Below are positions 9,377-17,951 of a DNA stretch of 64,000 nt, one piece after another (position 1 is the first letter of the stretch; every line of letters begins with the position of its first letter). The stretch comes from an uncultured Acidobacteriota bacterium (lineage in GTDB: Bacteria > Acidobacteriota > Vicinamibacteria > Fen-336): the NCBI GenBank assembly GCA_963697835.1, contig CAVOPG010000001.1, positions 646,803-710,802 on the forward strand, in the 5' to 3' direction. Made by a program: the position numbers and the translations under genes. The notes below the pieces were generated by a model, which saw only the letters and a program-made list of their open reading frames with translations, had not been told where the DNA came from and searched no databases.

Positions 9377-10645
9377 TTACTCGTACCTCAAGGCTTCGAT
9401 GGGGTTGAGGCGGGCGGCGCGGATCGCCGGGTAGAACCCGAAGAAGATCCCGATCGTCACCGCGAACGCGAGGCCCACGACCATGTTCTGGACGGTCATG
9501 ACCACCGGCTGCTGGATGAGGGTGCTCATGGCCTGCGTGAATCCGACCCCGAGGCCGAGCCCGAGGAGCCCGCCCACGATCGTCACCACGACGCTCTCCA
9601 CGAGAAACTGGGCCAGGATGTTGAGGCCGGTGGCGCCGAGCGCCTTCCGGGTGCCCACCTCGCGGATCCGCTCGTTGAAGGAAGCGAGCAGGATGTTCAT
9701 GATCACGATCCCGCCGACGAGGAGGGAGATGGTGCCGCAGGTGAGGAAGGTGATGTCGTAGATCTTCCCCTGCTCGTCCATCTGCTGCATGAAGGCCGCC
9801 CGGTTGAAGACCTGGAAGTCGAGGACCCCGCCGTGCGCCCGGCGCAGGATGGTCGTGACCTCCTGGGTGGCCTTGTCCATGTCCTTCACGTCGCGGACCT
9901 GGACGTTGATGTAGGCCACCTTCTGGTTCTCGCGGTCTCCCACCATGCGGGTGATGACCGACGTGACCGGGACGAACATCATCTCGTTCATCCACTCGAG
10001 GGCGTTGCGGTTGGCGGAGTTCCAGTAGAACTCCTTCCTCTCCATGACGCCCACCACCGTGTAGCGGTCCTCTCCGACGCTGATGAGCTGGCCCACCGCG
10101 GGGCGGCCGCCGAAGAGCTGCTCCCGGCGCGTCGAGCCGAGCACCACCACCTTGGCGCTGCGGGCGACGTCCTCCGGGGTGAGGAAGCGGCCCTCGACGG
10201 GGTGGAAGTCGTACATGTGCTCGTAGGTCGGGGTCGAGCCGGCGACCTCGAACTGCTTCTCGAAGCCGGGGGCCTTCACGACCTCGGTCCGCTCCATGGT
10301 GGGCTCGACCAGCTCGAGGGTCGTGGCTTGGGCCTTGAGGGCGAGCGCGTCGTCGTAGGTGAGGCCCTTCGACTTCTTCTCGACGGCGTTCTGCTTCATC
10401 TCCCGCGCGTCGAGCTCGCGGATGAACATCTTCTTGATGCCGCCGGTCTCTTCCCAGAACTTCTGGCCCTGGCGGCGCCCGCCGTCGATGAGGCCGAACG
10501 TGGCCACCACCGAGCCCACCCCGAGGATGATGCCTACCATCTGGAGGACGCTGCGGCTCTTGTGGGCCCCCATGTCGACGACGCCGTCGACGACGGAGTC
10601 CCACAGCGAGAAGAGCAGGTTGCGGAGAGCCTTGAAGCGGGCCAT
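9377..10645 (-). CDS. ABC transporter permease, MacB/FtsX family (second copy)
   Basis: Same architecture as 8143..9375, ending FYPAIRAARLNPIEALRYE. One-nt gap to the next gene. Confidence 0.9.
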   Translation of the reverse strand: MARFKALRNLLFSLWDSVVDGVVDMGAHKSRSVLQMVGIILGVGSVVATFGLIDGGRRQGQKFWEETGGIKKMFIRELDAREMKQNAVEKKSKGLTYDDALALKAQATTLELVEPTMERTEVVKAPGFEKQFEVAGSTPTYEHMYDFHPVEGRFLTPEDVARSAKVVVLGSTRREQLFGGRPAVGQLISVGEDRYTVVGVMERKEFYWNSANRNALEWMNEMMFVPVTSVITRMVGDRENQKVAYINVQVRDVKDMDKATQEVTTILRRAHGGVLDFQVFNRAAFMQQMDEQGKIYDITFLTCGTISLLVGGIVIMNILLASFNERIREVGTRKALGATGLNILAQFLVESVVVTIVGGLLGLGLGVGFTQAMSTLIQQPVVMTVQNMVVGLAFAVTIGIFFGFYPAIRAARLNPIEALRYE

Positions 10646-10655
10646 GACATTCGTC

Positions 10656-11408
10656 TCAGCGGTTCCGGCGGTCGTCCTCGATCTGGCCGTCCACGATCGA
10701 GACGACGCGCTCGCAGCGCTCGGCGATGCGCGGGTCGTGGGTAACGACCACGATCGTCTCGCCCCGCGCGTGCATGCGGTCGAAGATCTCGAGGATCTCG
10801 AGGCCGGTCTTCGTGTCGAGGTTGCCGGTGGGTTCGTCGGCGAGGATGAGCGAGGGCTGGTTGACGATCGCCCGGGCGATGGCGGCGCGCTGCCGCTGGC
10901 CGCCCGAGAGCTCGGAGGGCCGGTGCTTCGCGCGGTCGCGGAGGCCGACCTTGTCGAGCGCCGCGAGCGCGAGCTCCTTCCGGTCGGAGCCGGAGACGCC
11001 GGCGTAGAGGAGGGGCAGCTCGACGTTCCGGAGGAGCGAGGCCTTGGGCAGCAGGTTGAAGGTCTGGAAGACGAAGCCGACCTTCTGGTTCCGGATCGCG
11101 GCGAGCTGGAAGCCGGAGAGCTCGGAGACGTCCTTGCCCTCCAGGCGGTAGGTGCCGTCGGTCGGCGCGTCCAGGCAGCCGAGGATGTGCATGAGGGTGG
11201 ACTTGCCGGAGCCCGAGGGACCGATGATCGCGACCATCTGGCCCTTCTCGATCTCGAGGTCGATCCCGCGGAGAGCCTGCACGGCCAGCTCGCCCGCGTC
11301 GTAGGTCTTGGTGACCGCCTGCATGCGGATGAGCGGGGCGACGCCCACGGCCACGGCGGGCACCGCTCGCGCCGTCGTCACCGGAAGGGTCGCCACCGCC
11401 TCACTCAT
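10656..11408 (-). CDS. ABC transporter ATP-binding protein (MacB/LolD-type)
   Basis: Walker A GPSGSGKST, signature LSGGQRQR, Walker B LILADEPTGNLD. Confidence 0.95.
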   Translation of the reverse strand: MSEAVATLPVTTARAVPAVAVGVAPLIRMQAVTKTYDAGELAVQALRGIDLEIEKGQMVAIIGPSGSGKSTLMHILGCLDAPTDGTYRLEGKDVSELSGFQLAAIRNQKVGFVFQTFNLLPKASLLRNVELPLLYAGVSGSDRKELALAALDKVGLRDRAKHRPSELSGGQRQRAAIARAIVNQPSLILADEPTGNLDTKTGLEILEIFDRMHARGETIVVVTHDPRIAERCERVVSIVDGQIEDDRRNR

Positions 11409-12657
11409 TGTCCTTCTTCTCCTTCGGGCGGGTCGGGTCCTCGACCGCGATCTCCATGCCCGCGGTGAGGCCCTTCACCACCTCGACCTTGTCCACCGCG
11501 GCGAGGCCGGTCTCGATCTCCTTGACCTCGAACTTCTCCTTCCAGGCGTCCTTCGGCTCGAGCTTGGCAGGCGGAGCGTCCTTCTTGCCGGCGGCAAAGA
11601 CACTGGAGAGGATGCCGCCCGACGCGGCCGCCTTCTTCGGCTCGTCGGGCTTCTTGACGTAGACGACCTCGGTCTCGTCCTTCTTGAAGATGGCCTCGAC
11701 GGGGACGGTGAGCACCTTCTCCCGCTTCTCGCCCACGATGTCGATGTTCGCGGTCATGCCCGTCCGCAGCTCGGCGCCCTGGCGCTCGATCGCGATCTCG
11801 ACGTCGAAGACCTTCACCTTCTCCTCGAGCCGGGCGGCGGGGGCGATGCGGAGGATCTTCCCGGCGAACCTGACCTTCGAGTACGCGTCGAGGGTGACCT
11901 TCACCGGCTGCTCGAGGCGGACCTTGCCGATGTCCACCTCGTTGATCCCGGCCTTGATGATCATGGTCTCGACGTCGGCCACCGTCATGAGCACGGTGCC
12001 GGCGTTGAACGAGGAGACGCCGGACATGACGGTGTCGCCGAGCTCGACCGGCCGGCGGATCACGACCCCGTCCATCGGCGAGGTCACGTTGAGCCGCTGC
12101 ATGGTGCCCCCGGAGGCGACGGCGATCGGCACCCCGCTCTCCTCGACGATGCGGTACTTGTCCATCGCCGAGTCGCGGCTGGCCTTCGCCTGGCGGTAGC
12201 GCGTCTCGCTCTCGAGCCCCGCCTGGGCGGAGAGGAGCCCCTGGCTCAGCAGACCTCGGTTCCGCTCGTACGTGGCCTTCGCCTCGTTGAGGGCGATCTC
12301 CGCCTCGCTCACGGAGTTCTTGACCTGGACGAGGTCGCGCGCCTGGTTCACGTCGGGCTCGACCCGCGCGAGCACCTGGCCGCGCTTGACCCGATCGCCT
12401 TCGCGGACGAGGAGCTCGACCACCTTGCCGGAGAGGACCGACTTCACGTCCACCTTGACGTCCGGCTCGACCGAGCCCACCTCCGTGACGCGCACCTGGA
12501 CGTCGGCCACCTCGGCCTTCGCGGTCTTGACCTTGTCCTTCTCCTCGCCGGGCTTGCCCTTGGGGCGGGCCACGGTGTAGCCGACACCGGCGATCGCCAG
12601 CCCCAGCCCCCCGATCCAGAGCCACCGGCGCACACGCTTCCCGTTCGACTTGGCCAT
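11401..12657 (-). CDS. Efflux periplasmic adaptor (HlyD/MacA-type membrane fusion protein)
   Basis: N-terminal TM, coiled-coil hairpin region, beta-barrel motifs (VKRGQVLARVEPD, MDGVVIRRPVELGDTV). Overlaps the ATPase gene by 8 nt and is first in a 4-gene operon. Confidence 0.9.
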   Translation of the reverse strand: MAKSNGKRVRRWLWIGGLGLAIAGVGYTVARPKGKPGEEKDKVKTAKAEVADVQVRVTEVGSVEPDVKVDVKSVLSGKVVELLVREGDRVKRGQVLARVEPDVNQARDLVQVKNSVSEAEIALNEAKATYERNRGLLSQGLLSAQAGLESETRYRQAKASRDSAMDKYRIVEESGVPIAVASGGTMQRLNVTSPMDGVVIRRPVELGDTVMSGVSSFNAGTVLMTVADVETMIIKAGINEVDIGKVRLEQPVKVTLDAYSKVRFAGKILRIAPAARLEEKVKVFDVEIAIERQGAELRTGMTANIDIVGEKREKVLTVPVEAIFKKDETEVVYVKKPDEPKKAAASGGILSSVFAAGKKDAPPAKLEPKDAWKEKFEVKEIETGLAAVDKVEVVKGLTAGMEIAVEDPTRPKEKKDNE

Positions 12658-12847
12658 GGGTCTGCCTCTCGCCGCCCCGCCGGGCGATCCCGTGAAGGTT
12701 CCGACTGCGTTCGCCGGCTAATACGCTCGGGCTTCCGGGGGGGTTCCCGAATCATCCAAGGACGCGAATCCCCGTGGCGAGCAAGGAGTTGCGGGGGATT
12801 GAATTCAACGGGTTGGACGTCTTCACCGTCCGTTCCGGGGTAGCATC

Positions 12848-12909
12848 CCCCCTCGGAAGGCTCGTCCGATGTCGGGGGGACAAGTCCCCCTCGGAAGGCT
12901 GGTCCGATG
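12848..12909. repeat. Two 24-nt direct repeats (23/24 identical, 38-nt period) in the OMT / macA intergenic region
   Basis: CCCCCTCGGAAGGCTCGTCCGATG at 12848-12871 and CCCCCTCGGAAGGCTGGTCCGATG at 12886-12909. Flanking C6/G6 runs can form alternative hairpins. Confidence 0.8.
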
Positions 12910-12920
12910 AGCGCCACCTT

Positions 12921-13550
12921 CTAGCGCGACAGCTTGCAGCTCACCGAGATGCCCTCGCCGCTTCCCGTCTCGACCGTGGTCTTGTAGTTCGGGAGCTTCT
13001 TGACGTAGTCGAGGAACTCCGCCGTGCCCGAGCCGCCGCTGCGCAGGACGTTGTGGGCGGTGAAGCAGCCGCCCACCTCGAGCTTGGCCTCCAGGTCCTT
13101 GAAGTACTGCAGGTACCAGCCCTTGTCCGCGTCGGAGAAGACGAAGTCGAACGGCCCCGGCAGCTGCTTCACCAGCTCGTGCGCGTCGGCGAGCCGCGCG
13201 TCCACCAGGGCAAGGACGCCGGCCTCCTCGAAGTTGCGCTTCGCCGCCGCGTGGCGGGAGGGGTCGATCTCGATCGTGGTGAGCTTCCCGCCGGTCTTCG
13301 AGAGCGCCCACGCGATCCACACCGCCGAGTGGCCGGTCGAGGTGCCGATCTCGAGGGCCCGACGGAAGCGGTGGCTCACGACGAGGTCGTACAGGATCTG
13401 CCCGTCCTCCCACGGCACGTTCAGGTCGTGCCACTCGCCGCGGTTCTTCTCGAGAAAGCCGCGGGCCCTCCGGTCGAGGGCGGAGTCCTCGGCGTGGGCA
13501 GCCGTGGCCGCCACGACGGTCGCCACCGTCAGGGCGAGGAGCGCGCGCAT
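12921..13550 (-). CDS. Secreted class I SAM-dependent O-methyltransferase (caffeoyl-CoA OMT-like family 3)
   Basis: ATG at 13550 behind GGAGGTGA. Signal peptide MRALLALTVATVVAATAAHA. Motifs ALEIGTSTGHS and FDFVFSDADK. The ORF-track start at 14060 adds Arg-rich junk. Confidence 0.85.
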   Translation of the reverse strand: MRALLALTVATVVAATAAHAEDSALDRRARGFLEKNRGEWHDLNVPWEDGQILYDLVVSHRFRRALEIGTSTGHSAVWIAWALSKTGGKLTTIEIDPSRHAAAKRNFEEAGVLALVDARLADAHELVKQLPGPFDFVFSDADKGWYLQYFKDLEAKLEVGGCFTAHNVLRSGGSGTAEFLDYVKKLPNYKTTVETGSGEGISVSCKLSR

Positions 13551-13832
13551 GGTCACCTCCTGTCGCGATCTCGGTCGATCTCGGGACGCGTCGCCATGAG
13601 GTCCGCCGGGCTGACGAATCCACTGGCATGGTGACCGATCCGTGGGCGGCCGTCCATCCGCCGCTGGAACCGGCGACCCCGTCGGGAAGAGAATTAGGCG
13701 TACGCAGCCCGCCCCGAAGGAGACCCCGATGACACGCCCCCCTGCCGTCGTCATCCTCGTCGCGTCCGCTCTCCCTCGCCTCATGCGGTTCGAAGCGCCG
13801 TTCGCGCCGAAGTCCACCCGGACGGTGGCCCG

Positions 13833-14165
13833 ATGAGGCGCGCTTTCCTGAAGGGACTGGCCCTGGGCAGCGTCGCCTGGCGAGACGCCCTCGCCGCGGA
13901 GGCGCCGGGGGAGAAGGCGCGGCAGGTCGCCGCGGTCGACGTCGTCCGGGTCGAGGGGCGCCGCGAGGTGAAAGAGGCGCACCGCCAGCACCAGGCCAAC
14001 CCGTCGCACGTCTGGAGCCCGCCCGCCGAGTACCACGAGCCCGAAGACGCTCCGTCGCACGTGCTCCGCGTCGAGAGAGACGAGGTGCTGCTCACCGAGC
14101 GCCCCGGCTTCGGCATCGAGCTCGACCGGGCGAGGGTCGAGAAGGAGTCGCGGCCCGAGGCGTAG
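13833..14165 (+). pseudogene. Possible collapsed remnant of a Tat-exported enolase-superfamily (mandelate racemase-like) gene
   Basis: 110 aa. Canonical twin-arginine motif MRRAFLKGLALGSVA at the N-terminus. The C-terminus LLTERPGFGIELDRARVEK is typical of the family, but about 250-300 aa of barrel are missing between them. Confidence 0.4.
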
Positions 14166-14210
14166 CCCGGAGCCCGCCCCGGGTGGCCGGGACGCGCGCC
14201 GCCGAGCCGT

Positions 14211-15645
14211 CTAGAAGTGCAGGCTGAGCTGCACGCCGATGATGTCGACCTTCGCGTCGTAGTTGCCGATGAGGTAGCCGTTCGTGGTCGTGGTCGTCAG
14301 GTTGCTGGGCGCCCGGTCGATGAACAGGTGGGCATAGCCCACGTCGACGTGGGCCTTCTCGCTCGCCCGCCACTGGAAGCCGCCGGAGGCCCAGATGCGG
14401 TCGTTGTCGGGCAGGCGCGGGGTGCGGAACGCGTCCTGCACGGGCGTCTTGTCGTACGCGGTCCCGAGGCGGAGCGTCCACTTCTCGTTCAGCTTGACGT
14501 TCCCGCCGAGGCCGATGCGCCACGTGTTCTTGAAGGTGAGGGGCACGCTGCTGACCGCCGTGCCGTCGGTGCGGACGATGTCGAGCGACTGGATCGAGTC
14601 CCAGCTGGTGCCCGTCCAGTCGGCCAGGATCTCGACCTTGTCGTTCTCCCAGGCCGCGGCCACGGACAGCGTGTCCGGCAGCTCGATCGTCGTCTTGACC
14701 GGGCCGGAAGCGAACCGCGCGTTGATCGTGGCGCCGATGGGTGCGGTCGGTCCGGACTCGGCGAGGGCGGTGGCGCCGGTGAAGGTCACGGTTCCCTCGA
14801 CGTCGTGCTTGACCTTCGAGCGATAGCTGATGCCGACGTGCGCCTGCTGGCCGAGCTTGAGCAGCGCGCCGGCGTTCCAGCCCCAGGCGTTCGAGTCGCC
14901 GGTGATGAGGGCCGGCCCCTCGGTGGCGAGGCCCGACGGGCCACCGAGCTGGGCGAGGATCGACGCCCTGAGCGCCGCCTGCACCGCGGCGGGGAGCCCC
15001 TGGGCGGCGAGCGCCTGGGAGGCGCCGGCGTAGGAGAGGCTGCCGTACGCGACGTTCGAGCCGAGGTCCGCCTTGAGGTGCTGCCAGTTCGCCCCGCCGC
15101 CGATCGAGAGGGTATCGCTCAGCTGGATCGCGATCGTCGGGTTGACGTTGTACGCCTCGACCTTCGACCTCGTCGCGTGGAAGCGACCCATCCACGCCGG
15201 GTCCCAGTTGGTCTCGAGCCCGAACGGCACGTTGAAGCCTGCGCCCAGCCAGATCCTCTCCGTCACCTGGCCCGGACAGATAGCCGTTCGGCACCGGGAT
15301 CCACTTGCCGGCGTCGCCTCCGTCGTTGCCCATGGGCACCGGGAAGCGGAAGGACCCCGCCGAGGGGCCGACGGAGCCGGTGTCCGCGAAGGTGGTGCCG
15401 ACGCCGATGGGCTCCACCGAAGCCACGAAGTTCCAGCCCTTGACCCGCGTGAGCGCCGCGGGGTTGAAGTAGATCGCGCTCGCGTTCTTCACCCCGGCGG
15501 CCTGGCCCGCGAAGGCGTTGCCGAGGCCGCTGGCGTTCTGCTCGATGAGCTGGAAGCCCGACGCGAAAACCGGGGCCGGGAGGGCTGCGACGCCGAACGT
15601 CAGCGCCAGCGCCAGCAGCCGGTAGGAAAATCGCTTGCGTGTCAT
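14211..15645 (-). CDS. Outer-membrane transport protein, OMPP1/FadL/TodX family (one apparent frame break near ~15270)
   Basis: ATG at 15645 behind AGGAGGG. Signal peptide MTRKRFSYRLLALALTFGVAALPAPVFA, then SGFQLIEQNASGLGNAFAG. Continues in ORF 14211..15266 (LGAGFNVPFGLETNW...) and ends IIGVQLSLHF. Confidence 0.85.
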
Positions 15646-15836
15646 GAATGTCCCTCCTGGGAACCGTACTGAGGTGGGCATACTAACGAGGTTGCTTCCC
15701 GTTTGTCGCCGGGAAAGTTGTACCCCCATCCTACGGGGCACGAACCCGCGCGAAACGTCCGATTTGCCCGATTCTCCTCGCCGCAGCGCGTCAGCGGTCC
15801 CTTGCCGCGATGCGTCAGCACTCGCGACGGCGGGCC

Positions 15837-16760
15837 TCAGAAGCCCCGGGTCCCGCCGACCGGGATCACGAAGGCCCGATGGCCGAGGCCGCGCGCTCGC
15901 ACCTCGGCGAGAAAGCGACGCGGCGGCTCGTCGAGGGGCTCGTCCGAGAGGTCGAACGTGCCGAAGTGCATGCCGACCACCGCGCGCGCGTCGAGGTCCA
16001 GGGCGGCCCGGACCGCCTCTTCCGGGTTCAGGTGGATGGGGCGCATGATCGCCCGCGGCTCGTAGCCGCCGATCGGAAGGCAGGCGAGGTCGATCGGGCC
16101 GACGCGGCGGCCGATCTCGGCGAAGCCGTCGAAGAACGCGGTGTCGCCGGGGTGGCAGAAGCGGCGCGTCTCTCCCGCCACCACGAAGCCGGCCCAGAGG
16201 CGACGGTTGCGGTCGGTGAGGCCGCGCCCGGAGAAGTGGCGCGCGGGAATGCAGGTCACCGTGACCCCGGCGATCCGGGCGGCCTGCCACCAGCCGAGCT
16301 CGGCCGCCACGTGGCCGCCCGTCCCCCGCACGAGCTCGCCCACGCCCGTCGGCACGACGAAGGGCACGCCACGCCGAGCGAGGCGCCGGACGGTCGGCAG
16401 GTCCGTGTGGTCGTAATGGTCGTGGGACAGAAGGGCGAAGTCGAGGCGGGGGAGGGCCTCGAGCGGCACGCCCGGCGGGACGAGGCGCCTCGGGCCGGCG
16501 AAGGGGAGGGGGCTCGCGCGCTCGGAGAAGGCCGGGTCGGTCAGGAAGGCCGTGCCGTCGATGCGGACGTAGAACGTCGCGTGGCCGATCCAGGTGACGG
16601 CCGGGTCGCGGTCGAGGGCCACCGGGTCGAACGGAACGGCGGGCGCGGCGCCCGGCCGTGGGACGAGGCTCGCGCGCATGCGCCGCCACAGGAAGGGCAG
16701 CGCGACGACGGGGTTGGGCAGCCCCGCCCCGTCACCACGCGCCCTCGCGTCAGGCTCCAT
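15837..16760 (-). CDS. MBL-fold metallo-hydrolase (NAPE-PLD-like)
   Basis: VTWIGHATFYVRIDG, LLSHDHYDH, ACLPIGGYEP and VGMHFGTF. I prefer the ATG at 16760 (GGAGG plus 5 nt) over 16772. Confidence 0.85.
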   Translation of the reverse strand: MEPDARARGDGAGLPNPVVALPFLWRRMRASLVPRPGAAPAVPFDPVALDRDPAVTWIGHATFYVRIDGTAFLTDPAFSERASPLPFAGPRRLVPPGVPLEALPRLDFALLSHDHYDHTDLPTVRRLARRGVPFVVPTGVGELVRGTGGHVAAELGWWQAARIAGVTVTCIPARHFSGRGLTDRNRRLWAGFVVAGETRRFCHPGDTAFFDGFAEIGRRVGPIDLACLPIGGYEPRAIMRPIHLNPEEAVRAALDLDARAVVGMHFGTFDLSDEPLDEPPRRFLAEVRARGLGHRAFVIPVGGTRGF

Positions 16761-16915
16761 CCGTGCCTCCATACTAATGCACGCCCGAGGCTCGGGCCCT
16801 GAGCCACGGAGTGATCGACGCCCGATGGCACCCGAGCCGCTCGGGCCCGGTCCGGCCGGGCACGGTCAACTTCGGTCACAATGGCCCGACGCAGGCGCCA
16901 ATAGGAAGGACGGCC

Positions 16916-17905
16916 ATGGACTACACACCCGCCGCCGATCGTTACGAGAGGGCGGCCTATCGCCGCTGCGGCCGCAGTGGGCTGCGGCTTCCCCCCATAT
17001 CGCTGGGGCTCTGGCACAACTTCGGCGGGGTGGATGCGTTCGAGAACGGGCGCTCGATCGTGCGTCGGGCCTTCGACCGCGGCGTGACGCATCTCGACCT
17101 CGCCAACAACTACGGCCCGCCCCCGGGCTCCGCCGAGGAGGCGATGGGGCGCATCCTCGACCTCGACCTGCGTCCGTTCCGCGACGAGCTGGTGATATCG
17201 ACGAAAGCCGGCTACCTCATGTGGCCCGGGCCCTACGGCGAGTGGGGCTCGCGGAAGTACCTGCTGGCGAGCCTCGACCAGAGCTTGAAGCGGATGCGCC
17301 TCGACTACGTGGACATCTTCTACTCCCACCGCCCCGATCCCGACACGCCGCTCGAAGAGACGATGATGGCGCTCGACCAGGCGGTTCGTCAGGGCAAGGC
17401 CCTCTACGCCGGGATCTCGAACTACCCGGCGGACAGCACGGCCGAGGCCGCCGCCATCCTGCGCCGGCTCGGCACGCCCTGCCTCATCCACCAGCCCCGG
17501 TACTCGATGTTCGACCGCTGGATCGAGGGCGGCCTCACCGACGTCCTCGAGCGCGAGGGCATCGGCGGCATCGCGTTCTCGCCGCTCGCCCAGGGACTGC
17601 TCACCGACAAGTACCTCGCCGGCATCCCGAAGGGCTCGCGGGCCTCGACGCCCCACGGCTTCCTGCGCCCGGAGCACGTGACACCGGACAAGGTCGAGCG
17701 GGCCAGGAAGCTCGGCGCGATCGCCCGGGACCGCGGGCAGAGCCTCGCCCAGATGGCGCTCCTCTGGGTCCTGCGTCGCCCCGTCGTCACGTCGGCGCTC
17801 ATCGGGGCGAGCAGCGTGCGTCAGCTCGACGAGAACCTCGACGGTCTGGCCGCGCCTCCTCTCTCCGAAGAAGAGCTCGCACGCATCGAGGCCGTCCTGA
17901 AGTAG
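16916..17905 (+). CDS. Aldo/keto reductase (YghZ/Tas-like)
   Basis: ATG at 16916 behind GGAAGGA. Motifs GLWHNFGG, HLDLANNYGPPPGSAEE, DIFYSHRPD, IHQPRYSMF. Confidence 0.9.
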   Translation: MDYTPAADRYERAAYRRCGRSGLRLPPISLGLWHNFGGVDAFENGRSIVRRAFDRGVTHLDLANNYGPPPGSAEEAMGRILDLDLRPFRDELVISTKAGYLMWPGPYGEWGSRKYLLASLDQSLKRMRLDYVDIFYSHRPDPDTPLEETMMALDQAVRQGKALYAGISNYPADSTAEAAAILRRLGTPCLIHQPRYSMFDRWIEGGLTDVLEREGIGGIAFSPLAQGLLTDKYLAGIPKGSRASTPHGFLRPEHVTPDKVERARKLGAIARDRGQSLAQMALLWVLRRPVVTSALIGASSVRQLDENLDGLAAPPLSEEELARIEAVLK

Positions 17906-17951
17906 GCGGCCCGCAGTTGAACGCCGCGGGCGGCGCTCCTAGACTTCGGGG

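Noticed and set aside
4112-12909. Possible CRISPR-like periodicity from the HEAT repeat DNA and the 24-nt direct repeats.
   Set aside because: The HEAT repeats are in-frame coding repeats with divergent DNA. The 24-nt repeat occurs only twice. There are no cas genes and no regular repeat-spacer array.
14092-16689. 865-aa minus-strand ORF spanning the FadL-like gene, the intergenic region and the MBL gene region.
   Set aside because: It is a chimera. Only the stretch MTRKRFSYRLL...KWIPVPNGYLSG (about 15270-15645) is real FadL N-terminal sequence. The rest is out-of-frame or intergenic read-through.
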